A stretch of 64,000 bases of DNA, from the NCBI GenBank assembly GCA_052035195.1, contig JBPOHU010000009.1:34107-98106 (forward strand), written 5' to 3'. Position numbers and translations under genes: made by a program. The DNA is from Candidatus Nomurabacteria bacterium (GTDB lineage: Bacteria > Patescibacteriota > Minisyncoccia > Phycocordibacterales > UBA9973). Below are positions 36,392-46,377 of this stretch, in pieces; position 1 is the first letter of the stretch; the number at the start of each line of letters is the position of its first letter. The notes under the pieces were generated by a model. It ran no database searches and was not told the DNA's origin. It was given only the letters and a program-made list of their open reading frames with translations.

Positions 36392-37378
36392 ATGCACATG
36401 ATATCCCCTAAAAATGGCTCAAAAAAGCGCTTGCTCTCAGGTGTAAAACCAACAGGTCGCCCTCATATAGGTAACTACTTTGGTGCCATGAAGCAATTTG
36501 TAGATTTGCAGGGGGAATACGAATCCTTTGTTTTTATTGCTGATTTGCACGCTCTAAACTTCATTCAAGACAAGAAAGAGATGCAACAGCTAACAAAAGA
36601 CTTGATATTAGACTATCTAGGTATAGGTCTTGATCCAAAGCACTGCACTATTTTCAAACAATCTGCGGTTACAGCACACACTAGCCTTACTTGGATTTTT
36701 GATACTTTGGTAACAGTGCCTTTTATGATGCGTGCACATGCCTACAAAGATGCTATCGCTAAAGATATAGAGCCTAGTATGGGACTCTTCAACTATCCAG
36801 TACTTATGGCATCTGACATTTTGATTTATGAGCCAGATGTTGTTCCAGTAGGCAAAGATCAAAAGCAACACATAGAGTATGCTCGTGATATAGCAGGGAA
36901 GTTCAACAATCAATATGAAGAACTTTTTAAACTTCCAAATGGTTTGATATTAGAAGAAGTAGAAACTGTTCCAGGTACTGACGGACAAAAGATGAGCAAG
37001 AGCTATGGAAATACTATCCCGCTTTTTGGTAGTGATGAAGAAATACAAAAAGCTGTTATGAGTATTGCGACAGACTCTCGAGGCAAAGATGAAGAGAAAA
37101 ATCCAGATGACATGGTTCTCTATCAAATACACAAACTCTTCAATCATTCAGCAGAACTCAAGGCACAATATACACAAGGCCTAGGTTATGGCGATGCCAA
37201 GAAAATGTTAATCAAAGACATTATAGACTTTGTAAAGCCTATGAGAGAGCGAAGAAAGAAGTATGAAGATGATCCAAAGCTTGTAGAAGAGATACTCTTG
37301 CAAGGTGCAATCAAAGCAAATGAAGTAGCGATGAATAAATTACAACAAGTCTATGAAGCTGTAGGGCTCACTAGTTAG
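36392..37378 (+). CDS. trpS: Tryptophan--tRNA ligase
   Basis: SGVKPTGRPHIGNYFGA and KMSKSYGN class I motifs. Confidence 0.9.
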   Translation: MHMISPKNGSKKRLLSGVKPTGRPHIGNYFGAMKQFVDLQGEYESFVFIADLHALNFIQDKKEMQQLTKDLILDYLGIGLDPKHCTIFKQSAVTAHTSLTWIFDTLVTVPFMMRAHAYKDAIAKDIEPSMGLFNYPVLMASDILIYEPDVVPVGKDQKQHIEYARDIAGKFNNQYEELFKLPNGLILEEVETVPGTDGQKMSKSYGNTIPLFGSDEEIQKAVMSIATDSRGKDEEKNPDDMVLYQIHKLFNHSAELKAQYTQGLGYGDAKKMLIKDIIDFVKPMRERRKKYEDDPKLVEEILLQGAIKANEVAMNKLQQVYEAVGLTS

Positions 37379-37379
37379 T

Positions 37380-39203
37380 ATGGAAGAAACAATAGAAGAA
37401 AAAGATAAATTTAGGGATATTTTTAGCACGTCAAAACGTGCGATTGCTTTAACCTTTAAAAAAGAGCCTAAGTTATTCGTATTAAACATACTATTTGGAA
37501 TACTTTTAACTATTTTAGTATATGTACAATTATCTTCGTTTTCTAATATTGTTAATGAAATAATTCGCATGCAAAAATTAGGTCTTGGAATCACTTCTAT
37601 CCTTATTAAGCAATCTATAATTTTAGGAGGATCTTTTCTTATTCCTGCAGTATTACAGAATCTTTCTTCTCGATACTCAGACGCATTGAGTATTCGGATG
37701 GGTACCCACAATCAACTAATGCAGATTGATTCATATGCCTCTCTTGATATCGGGACTATACAGAGCACCGAATTTCAGACAAAACTTGATAGAGCTCAAA
37801 AATGGGGGACAGGATCTATTAATAATGTCGTGTATCATTCGCAGGCAATTATTCGAGATATTACTGGTTTTATTACTTCCGGGTTTATTTTGTATACCAT
37901 TAATCCCTATCTGATACTATTAGCTATTCTTGGTTCAGTTTCTTATTATTTTGTAGAAAAAAAATATGGAAAAAAGTTATTTTTTGCTTACTATGTTTCG
38001 ACTGATGAAGTACGAATTGAGGCCGAAAAAACTCGGCATTTTAGAGATATGAAGAGACTTATAGAAACAGTACTTTTTAATTTAAAAAATTTATTTCGTA
38101 CACAGATCAACAAGATCAATGAGGAGTATGATAATAAAATTATTGCTTTAAAAGGTAAGGAATCTTTGGCCATGCTTGGTGCTGATGTGATTCAGATTGT
38201 GTGTTTACTTGTTGCGGTATTTTTTGTTACAGAACAAACTCTCTCAGGCAAGCTTCTCATCGGGTCGTTATTATTAGCATTCGGTGTATATAGAAGTTTT
38301 GTTTCGGTTAGCCAGAGTTTTTTTCGAGATTTTTCACGACTTGAAGAACAGTCACGATTTGCAAAGCGATGGTTTGACCTTTTTGATACGAAATCAAAAA
38401 TAGTAAGCAAACCAAATGCTGTAAAACCAGAATGGGCTGTTCCTCCTCGAATTGAATTTAAAAATGTTTCTTTCACATACCCTGAAGGGGAAGTATCTGT
38501 ATTAAAAAATATTTCATTTGTATTAGAGAGTGGAGAAAAGATGGCGATGGTTGGTCTCAATGGCGCAGGAAAGACAACACTCATAAAGCTTTTATGTCGA
38601 GTCTATGACCCAACTGAGGGTGCTGTTTTGATTGACGGTATTGATCTTCGTGATATCGATGTAGAGTATTGGCATAGCAACCTCGGTGTTCTGTTCCAAG
38701 ATTTTACCAACTATCAAATGACCGCTCGAGAGGCTATCGCTGTTTCTCGCCCCGATGAACCTATAGATGATGAAAGGGTGAGGTGGGCTGCTGATATGTC
38801 TGGAGCAAAAGACTTTATTGAAGAGCTACCAAAGAAGTATGACCATTTATTGTGGAAAGGGTTTGGTGATGGGGTAGAGCTCTCAAAAGGTCAATATCAA
38901 CGTATGGCGGTTGCGCGTATCTTTTATCGTGACGCATTTATTTCAATTCTAGATGAACCGACTTCGGCTATTGATGCGGTAGCAGAAGAGAAAATCTTTG
39001 AAGTGCTAGAGACTAAAATGGAAGGTAAGACAGGAATACTGATATCACATAGATTCTCCACAGTAAAGAATGCTGACAAAATTGTGGTTGTAGAACATGG
39101 AGAGATTAAAGAACTTGGTAGTCACAAAGAACTTATGGCAAAGAAGGGGAGATACGAAGAGCTTTATACTATGCAAGCAAGCAGATATTTAGAGAGTGAA
39201 TAA
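37380..39203 (+). CDS. ABC transporter permease/ATP-binding fusion protein (exporter type)
   Basis: Six-TM N-terminal domain, Walker A GLNGAGKTT, ABC signature LSKGQYQRMAVAR, Walker B ILDEPTSA. Confidence 0.85.
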   Translation: MEETIEEKDKFRDIFSTSKRAIALTFKKEPKLFVLNILFGILLTILVYVQLSSFSNIVNEIIRMQKLGLGITSILIKQSIILGGSFLIPAVLQNLSSRYSDALSIRMGTHNQLMQIDSYASLDIGTIQSTEFQTKLDRAQKWGTGSINNVVYHSQAIIRDITGFITSGFILYTINPYLILLAILGSVSYYFVEKKYGKKLFFAYYVSTDEVRIEAEKTRHFRDMKRLIETVLFNLKNLFRTQINKINEEYDNKIIALKGKESLAMLGADVIQIVCLLVAVFFVTEQTLSGKLLIGSLLLAFGVYRSFVSVSQSFFRDFSRLEEQSRFAKRWFDLFDTKSKIVSKPNAVKPEWAVPPRIEFKNVSFTYPEGEVSVLKNISFVLESGEKMAMVGLNGAGKTTLIKLLCRVYDPTEGAVLIDGIDLRDIDVEYWHSNLGVLFQDFTNYQMTAREAIAVSRPDEPIDDERVRWAADMSGAKDFIEELPKKYDHLLWKGFGDGVELSKGQYQRMAVARIFYRDAFISILDEPTSAIDAVAEEKIFEVLETKMEGKTGILISHRFSTVKNADKIVVVEHGEIKELGSHKELMAKKGRYEELYTMQASRYLESE

Positions 39204-39852
39204 TATGGAGAATTCACCAGAAGAAAATAATAAAAATAAACCCTGGGATTGGAAAGAGTATTATGAACTTATTGGAGAAAAAGGGTATACAAAAAATCTT
39301 GAAGAATCAATAAATTATTGTGAAGAAAAAGATTTTGCTCTTGATATTGGTGCGGGGAATTTAAGAGATACAAAGTTTTTACTCGAAAAAGGTTTTACTG
39401 TAACAGCTATTGATACTTCTTCAGAATCAGAGCGGCTGGCCAAAGAATTAAATAATTCTTCATTAAAAATGTTCACTGGCAGAATCGGGGAATTTGATTT
39501 TCCTGATAGTCACTTTTCTTTGGTGAACGCCCAAGGGATACTATTTCATATTCATAAAGATAGGTTTGATATTGTCTTTAATAAAATTAAAAAGTCTATT
39601 AAATCCGGAGGTGTATTATGCGCAGATTTTATAGGAGAAAATGATGACTGGAATCTTGAAGGGGGAATTAAATATATTTTAACTAAAGAAAACTTAGATA
39701 AAATACAACAAGATTTTGAAATAAAATCTTTGCATGATTATGAGGTAGACGAATCAGAAGAAACCAGAGAGATGAAAGCAAAGTATCGAGATAACCCAGA
39801 TTATAAACCAAAACACTGGCATCATATAGATATAATTGCTATAAAGAAATAA
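39196..39852 (+). CDS. Class I SAM-dependent methyltransferase
   Basis: Motif I LDIGAGNLRDTKFLLEKGFTVTAIDTS; 8-nt overlap with the ABC gene. Confidence 0.65.
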   Translation: MNNMENSPEENNKNKPWDWKEYYELIGEKGYTKNLEESINYCEEKDFALDIGAGNLRDTKFLLEKGFTVTAIDTSSESERLAKELNNSSLKMFTGRIGEFDFPDSHFSLVNAQGILFHIHKDRFDIVFNKIKKSIKSGGVLCADFIGENDDWNLEGGIKYILTKENLDKIQQDFEIKSLHDYEVDESEETREMKAKYRDNPDYKPKHWHHIDIIAIKK

Positions 39853-39915
39853 CTTGCTTTTTATAAAAAATTATGTTATAATATATTAGATAACAATTTT
39901 GTAAAACTTTAAAAA

Positions 39916-40425
39916 TTGAATTATATGGTTCTTCAAAAATTAATAAAATTAGTTTCAAGTGGAGATACTATTCTTCATGGAAGTCCTAATTATTTCAATG
40001 AAATAATACCAAGGCTAACTGATGGAGAAATAGCTATTTGTGCGTCTGTTGTTCCAGAAATTACTTTGTACCATGCACTTTTAAAAGGTTCTCCTGGAAG
40101 AAAGATTGGAGGTGGTGCTTGGAGTTTTAATAAAAAACGCTTTGAAAGAGCAACCATTACATTTCGTCTTACTAAAGAGATGTTAAATTTTCTTTTATCA
40201 AAACCTAAATTAACTGGTTATGTGTACCCGATGGACACCTATGATTTTGATAGAAGAGGGTTAGCTGAATGTCGTTTATATAAATCAAGATTTTTGAGAA
40301 CAAAAATTTTGGTTACAGAAGATGATTTGCCATTTAATCCAGCAGTAGGTCAGCTTGAATATAAGATTGAATTACCTTACAAGTTTAAAAACCATTTTGC
40401 TATTGAATTAAATGTAACTAATTAA
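39916..40425 (+). CDS. Hypothetical protein
   Basis: 169-aa ORF with terminator immediately downstream. Confidence 0.4.
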   Translation: MNYMVLQKLIKLVSSGDTILHGSPNYFNEIIPRLTDGEIAICASVVPEITLYHALLKGSPGRKIGGGAWSFNKKRFERATITFRLTKEMLNFLLSKPKLTGYVYPMDTYDFDRRGLAECRLYKSRFLRTKILVTEDDLPFNPAVGQLEYKIELPYKFKNHFAIELNVTN

Positions 40426-40430
40426 TTTTA

Positions 40431-40456
40431 AGCCCCTAAATAGGGGCTTTTTTTAT
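40431..40456 (+). terminator. Rho-independent terminator (agcccct-aaat-aggggct + T7)
   Basis: 7-bp GC stem and long T-run. Confidence 0.8.
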
Positions 40457-40485
40457 TGGTTTTTTTGGAGTAGAATAGGGTCATT

Positions 40486-41910
40486 ATGGATAGAACATAC
40501 ATCGGAGAGTTGGGTATAAAAACAGGTCAAAACGTGCTTATTAAGGGTTGGGTAGACGTACGTCGTGACCAAGGTAAAATGGTCTTTTTTGATTTTCGTG
40601 ATATGTCTGGGACTATCCAAGGGGTAGTACTACCAAATCGTGCCGATGTGATAGAGATTGCCAAGACTTGTAGACCAGAGAGTGTACTTGCTGTTGAAGG
40701 TATCGTGAATGCTCGACCAGAGAGAAATGTTGTTGCTGGTAAATTAAATGGGGATATAGAGCTCGAAGTTACAAGTATCACAGTGCTTAACAATGCAGAA
40801 CCACTTCCATTTGAAATTAATGTTGATACAAAAGATGTAGGAGAAGAAACACGATTGAAATATCGATACCTAGATCTTCGAAGCGCTCGAATGCAAAGAA
40901 ATATTCGTACTCGTGATGCTGTTATACATCATGTTCGCAATTATTTGCACAATGAAAAATTTATTGAAGTAGAAACTCCTATTCTTACCAAGAGTACTCC
41001 AGAAGGTGCGCGCGACTATGTTGTACCATCTAGACTTTATCCAGGTCACTTTTATGCGCTTCCACAATCTCCGCAACAATACAAACAACTCCTTATGACA
41101 GGAGGTGTAGAGAGGTATTTTCAAATAGCAAAATGTATGCGAGATGAGGACGGTCGCGGGGATAGACAACCAGAATTCACTCAGCTTGATATGGAAATGT
41201 CTTTTGTGAAGCGTGATGATGTCATGGCTATCAACGAAGCTCTTATTATAGATATCGTAACAAAACTTTTCCCAGAGAAGCGTATTCAAGAGATTCCATT
41301 TCCTCGTATCTCTTATAAAGAATCAATGGAAAAATATGGCAATGATCGACCAGACATCCGTACTGACAAAGAAGATTCAAACTTATTAGCGTTTTGCTGG
41401 ATTATAGATTTTCCATTCTTTGAACGCACCGACAAGAGTGATAACCCACAAGCAGAAGGTGAGTGGACATTTACTCACAATCCATTTTCTCGACCTATCG
41501 AAGATCATATGGAGGCATTGATGGAGAAAAAAGATCTCGCAAGTATCCTAACTACACAGTATGATATTTGTCTCAATGGCTACGAAATAGGTGGTGGTTC
41601 AATACGTAACCATACATATGAAGCGCTAGCAAAAGTATTTGAAATACTAGGTCACAAACAAGAAGATATAGAAAACAACTTCGGTCATATGCTTCATGCA
41701 TTTAAAACAGGTACTCCTCCTCATGGAGGAATAGCCTGGGGGCTCGATCGTTTCCTAATGCTTCTTTTGAACGAACCAAATATTCGCGAAGTCATGGCCT
41801 TTCCAAAGACAGGAGAGAGCAAAGATCCTATGATGCAGGCACCATCTGAGGTTTCTAACAAACAACTCGACGAACTTCATCTTGTGCTCAAGAAAATAGA
41901 TAAGAAATAA
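40486..41910 (+). CDS. aspS: Aspartate--tRNA ligase, short (archaeal/eukaryal-like) form lacking the bacterial GAD insertion; possibly non-discriminating
   Basis: FYALPQSPQQYKQLLM, QIAKCMRDEDGRGDRQPEFTQLDMEMSF, GGSIRNH, GLDRFLML class II motifs; 474 aa. Confidence 0.75.
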   Translation: MDRTYIGELGIKTGQNVLIKGWVDVRRDQGKMVFFDFRDMSGTIQGVVLPNRADVIEIAKTCRPESVLAVEGIVNARPERNVVAGKLNGDIELEVTSITVLNNAEPLPFEINVDTKDVGEETRLKYRYLDLRSARMQRNIRTRDAVIHHVRNYLHNEKFIEVETPILTKSTPEGARDYVVPSRLYPGHFYALPQSPQQYKQLLMTGGVERYFQIAKCMRDEDGRGDRQPEFTQLDMEMSFVKRDDVMAINEALIIDIVTKLFPEKRIQEIPFPRISYKESMEKYGNDRPDIRTDKEDSNLLAFCWIIDFPFFERTDKSDNPQAEGEWTFTHNPFSRPIEDHMEALMEKKDLASILTTQYDICLNGYEIGGGSIRNHTYEALAKVFEILGHKQEDIENNFGHMLHAFKTGTPPHGGIAWGLDRFLMLLLNEPNIREVMAFPKTGESKDPMMQAPSEVSNKQLDELHLVLKKIDKK

Positions 41911-42259
41911 AAAAAAGTTAATCAAAAAAGCAGGTCCCAGGGGCTTGCTTTTTTGTTATTAAAATGGTATAAAATAAGTGTAAGGAATTATTTTCATTCT
42001 TTACAACAGTTCTTATACAAAAAGGAACAGCAAAAACATTTTGGGGAGCCAGACTTCTTTGAAGTTTAACTCACGGCACTACAGGCCCTCAAATTGGCGT
42101 GATCATAATGTATAACCTGACTTTGTCAGCGCCATCGATCATATTTTTTTTACGGTATATATTTTATATACCTTCACGATTCCTTTTTAACAAATACACT
42201 TGTTCTTTATTCTCAATATTTTTAGTTCTTTTTTTCACAATTTCATACCCTCGTCTACA

Positions 42260-42298
42260 CGGGCAGTTTTCTTTCGAAAACTGCCCGGAATCTTTTTT
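42260..42298 (+). terminator. Perfect 11-bp hairpin (cgggcagtttt-ctttcg-aaaactgcccg) followed by T6, inside a 440-nt ORF-free region
   Basis: No protein gene upstream within 350 nt on this strand; may terminate an unannotated small RNA. Confidence 0.45.
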
Positions 42299-42308
42299 AG
42301 GGTATAAA

Positions 42309-42336
42309 TAAAAAAGCCCCACATTGTTGCGGGGCT
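42309..42336 (-). terminator. Terminator for the 42355-42723 gene (gccccgc-aacaat-gtggggc + U-run on minus strand)
   Basis: Stem with one G:U, followed by tttttt on the minus strand. Confidence 0.7.
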
Positions 42337-42354
42337 GAGAAAAGGGGGTATTTT

Positions 42355-42723
42355 TTATTTTTTATCCTTTTCCTTTTTAGGAGCGAGACTCTGCAGGTTT
42401 TTATACAGCTCCCTCATATCAGGGAACAGCTCCTGTTTTTCAATCATAAAATCAATTAAAGCCCCGTAGGCGGTATTCATTTTTTCGATGTTTATTTCCA
42501 AAGCTTTCGTGAACATTTCTTTCTTTTCTTTTGAGTTGATATCGCTCAAAATGATATTGGGAAATAACTTCTCATTCAGCATCTGAAGTGCTGCCTCTGC
42601 TTTTAATTCATTACTTTCTACAAAAGAAGAGTTGTTGTGCAGAGGAAACGAGGAAAAAATTCGCCTCCCGATTTCATTTGTGAGGGTGCTTTGGAGCGCC
42701 GCAGCATAAGGATTTTGTGACAT
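42355..42723 (-). CDS. Hypothetical protein
   Basis: 122-aa ORF with own terminator. Confidence 0.45.
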   Translation of the reverse strand: MSQNPYAAALQSTLTNEIGRRIFSSFPLHNNSSFVESNELKAEAALQMLNEKLFPNIILSDINSKEKKEMFTKALEINIEKMNTAYGALIDFMIEKQELFPDMRELYKNLQSLAPKKEKDKK

Positions 42724-42873
42724 AAATAAATGATTTAAAGAACAAAGTATCTCTTACTAGAATTGGATACTTCAGATTTGTTGTATCTAGTATGAGTATA
42801 TTATACCATACTTTTTTGTAGAAAGCAAACAGCTTCAAAATAGGCCTATTTTTAGGTATAATTACCATATCTA

Positions 42874-43647
42874 ATGACTACTGAAGCTCAGCAATTTCAT
42901 ATAAAACACGAGCAGTTTGAAGGGCCGGTGGAGGTCCTACTTGAGCTTATAGAAAAAAGAAAGCTTTTTGTAAACGATATTTCTTTGGCATCTGTTACAG
43001 ATGATTTTATTTTATATATTCAAGAAAAGGGGATGCAACCAGAGCACGTAGCATCATTTCTCTCTGTTGCTGCAACACTACTTCTCATCAAGGCGCGATC
43101 ACTACTTCCAAACCTAGAGCTCACTACAGAAGAATCAGAATCCATCACTGAGCTTGAGCGTCGTGTTGCTTTATACCAAATAATCACTGAAGTATCTAAA
43201 AGTATTACTTCTTTGTACGGCAAAAAGATTTCTTTTGAAGGGGTACCCCGCTCTGGTGGAGTTGTATTTGCGCCAGACCCATCTTTGACTGCCGATATGC
43301 TGCCATCCCTTATAGAAATGGTAGCAGTGAGAGTACCACCTCCTGCTCCAAAGCGTGTAGAAGCTAGGGTTTTTAAAACTATTTCTATTAGAGAGGTGCT
43401 CGATACTTTGCATGAGCGTATACAAAGAGCCATGTCAGTGAACTTCAGTGACATTATTGTTCACGCCCCCGAAGGTGATTCAAAAGAGCAAAAAGTCTAT
43501 GTGATAGTCTCATTTCTTGGTATGCTAGAGCTAGTTAGAAGGGGTTTTGTTGAGGCAGAGCAAGAAGAAAATTTCCAAAATATTCGTCTCCAAAAACAAG
43601 AACAAAAAGAGCCTCTCTCTACAGAGAAAACAGGATATGAAGAATAA
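42874..43647 (+). CDS. scpA: Segregation and condensation protein A
   Basis: N-terminal FEGPVEVLLELIEKRKL...DISLASVTDDF typical of ScpA. Confidence 0.8.
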   Translation: MTTEAQQFHIKHEQFEGPVEVLLELIEKRKLFVNDISLASVTDDFILYIQEKGMQPEHVASFLSVAATLLLIKARSLLPNLELTTEESESITELERRVALYQIITEVSKSITSLYGKKISFEGVPRSGGVVFAPDPSLTADMLPSLIEMVAVRVPPPAPKRVEARVFKTISIREVLDTLHERIQRAMSVNFSDIIVHAPEGDSKEQKVYVIVSFLGMLELVRRGFVEAEQEENFQNIRLQKQEQKEPLSTEKTGYEE

Positions 43648-44170
43648 TATTTCACAACAAATCGAAAGTTTACTTTTTGCTACGGCTGATCCTCAGAGTT
43701 TTAAGTCTTTGGCAAATAGACTCAGTGTTTCTGTAGAAGAAATAAAAGAAGCTATTTCAATATTGGAAAGTTCTTTGGAAGGTCATGCAATGATGATAGT
43801 ACGAGAAGGAGAAGAGATAGTTATGGTTACTAGACCAGAACATAGTGCTCTCATAGAAACTATCAGAAAAGAAGAACTTTCTAAAGAACTCTCTAAATCA
43901 AGCGCAGAAACTCTCTCTATTATTGTTTACCATCAAGGAGTTTCTAAGGCTCAGATTGAATTTATAAGAGGGGTTAATGCCTCTTATGCTATTCGCGCCC
44001 TTTCTATGAGAGGCTTGATTGAAGCTCGTGGTGCTGGTAGAAGTGTTCTTTATTATCCGACTCTAGTTATGCTGGAGCACTTCGGTGTCTCTAGGGTAGA
44101 GGATTTGCCGGAGTACGCCGCTACTTCTGAAAAAATTAAAAAATTATTAAACCAAGAAGAATCGCAATAA
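43637..44170 (+). CDS. scpB: Segregation and condensation protein B; start at MKNNISQQIESLLFAT
   Basis: ESLLFA..DP N-terminal motif and twin winged-helix pattern; overlaps scpA by 11 nt. Confidence 0.75.
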   Translation: MKNNISQQIESLLFATADPQSFKSLANRLSVSVEEIKEAISILESSLEGHAMMIVREGEEIVMVTRPEHSALIETIRKEELSKELSKSSAETLSIIVYHQGVSKAQIEFIRGVNASYAIRALSMRGLIEARGAGRSVLYYPTLVMLEHFGVSRVEDLPEYAATSEKIKKLLNQEESQ

Positions 44171-44174
44171 AACT

Positions 44175-45224
44175 ATGATGTTAAATGTTATTAAAATTTT
44201 CTTACCAACAGCTCTTACTTTTGCTATCGGTATTTTGCTTACTCCTCGTCTTACCGGATACATGTATAAATACAAGCTTTGGAAAAAGCGCAAAAGAGTA
44301 GATGATGCAGAAATAACAAATGAACATATGGCAAAAATATCTAATGCCGAAGCAGAAGTCTCAACTCCTCGTGTGGGCGGGATTATTATCTGGCTTTCAG
44401 TGACTCTCTCTATTGTTATCATGTGGCTTATTTCAAAAGCCTTTCCTTCTGACCTCTCTAGTAAGCTCGATTTCTTAAGTCGCGGACAAACCCTTGTCCC
44501 TCTGGCTTCTCTTCTACTAGGAGCTTTTATTGGTCTTGTGGATGATATAGCTCAGATTCGCGGAGCACTTGATCAGATTTCACACCGCTATAAAAAGATC
44601 GCGGTAGTAATTTTCTTAGGAGCTCTTATTGGTGCTTGGTTTTATTTTAAACTCGGAGTTCAATCAATAGCGATACCTTTTACTGGAAATGAATTTTCTT
44701 TGGGATTGCTTTTCATACCATTTTTCATTGTTGTACTTTTAGCTGTTTTTTCTGGAAGTGTTATAGATGGTATGGATGGTTTGGCTGGGGGAGTACTCGC
44801 TATTATTTTTGCTTCTTATTCAATAATAGCTTTCGAGAAAAACCTGATAGATATAGCAGCTTTCTCTGGAGTTATTTCAGGAGGGATCTTGGCTTTCCTT
44901 TGGTTTAATATTCCACCTGCTAGATTTTATATGGGAGAAAATGGCATCTTAGGTTTGTTAGTTGTTTTGACGGTTATAGCCTTCCTTACAGATACAGTAT
45001 TACTTCTACCTATCATTGCTCTTCCGCTCGCTGCAACTACTGCTTCAAATATCATACAAATAACTAGCTATAAATATTTTGGAAAGCGTCGAGTATTTAA
45101 AATCGCTCCTCTTCATCATCACTTCCATGCTTTAGGTTGGCCAAGAGAAAAAGTAGTAATGCGTTATTGGGTAGTATCTGTTATTTGTGCTGTTGTTGGG
45201 GTAGTTGTTGCTCTTATTAGTTAA
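44175..45224 (+). CDS. mraY: Phospho-N-acetylmuramoyl-pentapeptide transferase
   Basis: Polytopic; DD..D Mg site (VDDIAQ), NxxNxxDGxDGL-like loop (VIDGMDGLAGG), PLHHHF box. Confidence 0.9.
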   Translation: MMLNVIKIFLPTALTFAIGILLTPRLTGYMYKYKLWKKRKRVDDAEITNEHMAKISNAEAEVSTPRVGGIIIWLSVTLSIVIMWLISKAFPSDLSSKLDFLSRGQTLVPLASLLLGAFIGLVDDIAQIRGALDQISHRYKKIAVVIFLGALIGAWFYFKLGVQSIAIPFTGNEFSLGLLFIPFFIVVLLAVFSGSVIDGMDGLAGGVLAIIFASYSIIAFEKNLIDIAAFSGVISGGILAFLWFNIPPARFYMGENGILGLLVVLTVIAFLTDTVLLLPIIALPLAATTASNIIQITSYKYFGKRRVFKIAPLHHHFHALGWPREKVVMRYWVVSVICAVVGVVVALIS

Positions 45225-45235
45225 AATTTAAAAAA

Positions 45236-46369
45236 ATGAATCGCATCAAAGAATTTTTTCTTGAAAAACAAAAACCATTTGACGCGTACTTTTTTTGGAT
45301 TGTTATTTTAATAGCTGGTTTAGGATTGCTGTTTTTTATTTCTGCTTCTCTTGGAATACTCGCTCGTAGTGAGACCAAGTTTTATGGGGTTCTTTTTAAC
45401 CAAATAGTTTTTGGTTTTGTTGGAGGACTGATAGCCTTATGGTTTTGTGCTCGAGTACCTTATACATTTTGGCGGAAATACGCTTTCTATATTTTTCTAG
45501 GAGCTCTTGCTTTGACTGTTTCTGTTTTTATAAATGGTTTTGGCTTTGAGCATGGAGGAGCAAGAAGATGGGTTTCTATTTTTGGTGTTTCTCTTCAGCC
45601 TGCAGAATTTTTGAAAATAGCTTTTGTTATTTATTTTTCTGCATGGTTGGCTTGGACTCGTAAAAAACAAGAAGATATCAAGTTTCGTATTTTGCCATTA
45701 CTTGTTCTTTTAGGAATAGTAGCTTTGGCTCTTTTGCGACAACCAGATACCAAGAGTTTGATACTTATTATTGCAGCTGCTTCCGGCATGCTTTTCACTT
45801 CTGGTGTCTCTTGGAAAAAAGTAGTCGGCATAGTAGTTCTCGGTATTGGGGCTGTAGTTGTACTAGCTTTTGTCCGGCCTTATGTTATGGATCGTATCAA
45901 GACCTTTATAAACCCTGCTAGTGACCCTAGAGGAGCTTCTTATCAGCTTCAGCAGTCTTTGATAGCCATAGGCTCAGGAGGAACATTTGGACGAGGTCTT
46001 GGTCAAAGTGTTCAGAAGTTTAACTATTTGCCAGAACCACAAGGGGACTCAATCTTTGCCGTTATTGGCGAAGAATTCGGTTTTGTTGGGACAACACTAC
46101 TTTTAGTTTTGTATATTTTCTTTGCAATTCGTGGCTTCAAAATAGCCCTTCGTGCGCCGGATACATTTTCTAGGTATCTAGTTGTAGGACTGATCACTCT
46201 TTTGACAGCTCAATCATTTTTAAATATTGCTTCTTTGGTAGGACTATTTCCTCTAACTGGAGTACCTCTTGTTTTTATCAGTCACGGAGGGACAAGTTTG
46301 ATGATTGCTCTGGGGGCTGTCGGTATTATTCTTAATGTTTCTCGGCAACAAAAGAAGCCTGTAGTATAA
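45236..46369 (+). CDS. ftsW: SEDS-family peptidoglycan polymerase FtsW/RodA
   Basis: 10-TM SEDS pattern with conserved PEPQGDSIF and GGTS blocks; lies between mraY and murG. Confidence 0.85.
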   Translation: MNRIKEFFLEKQKPFDAYFFWIVILIAGLGLLFFISASLGILARSETKFYGVLFNQIVFGFVGGLIALWFCARVPYTFWRKYAFYIFLGALALTVSVFINGFGFEHGGARRWVSIFGVSLQPAEFLKIAFVIYFSAWLAWTRKKQEDIKFRILPLLVLLGIVALALLRQPDTKSLILIIAAASGMLFTSGVSWKKVVGIVVLGIGAVVVLAFVRPYVMDRIKTFINPASDPRGASYQLQQSLIAIGSGGTFGRGLGQSVQKFNYLPEPQGDSIFAVIGEEFGFVGTTLLLVLYIFFAIRGFKIALRAPDTFSRYLVVGLITLLTAQSFLNIASLVGLFPLTGVPLVFISHGGTSLMIALGAVGIILNVSRQQKKPVV

Positions 46370-46377
46370 TAAAGATT

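Noticed and set aside
42099-42311. 70-aa ORF in the aspS downstream gap
   Set aside because: Phe/Ile/Leu-rich low complexity reflecting AT-rich DNA. It runs through a perfect hairpin terminator.
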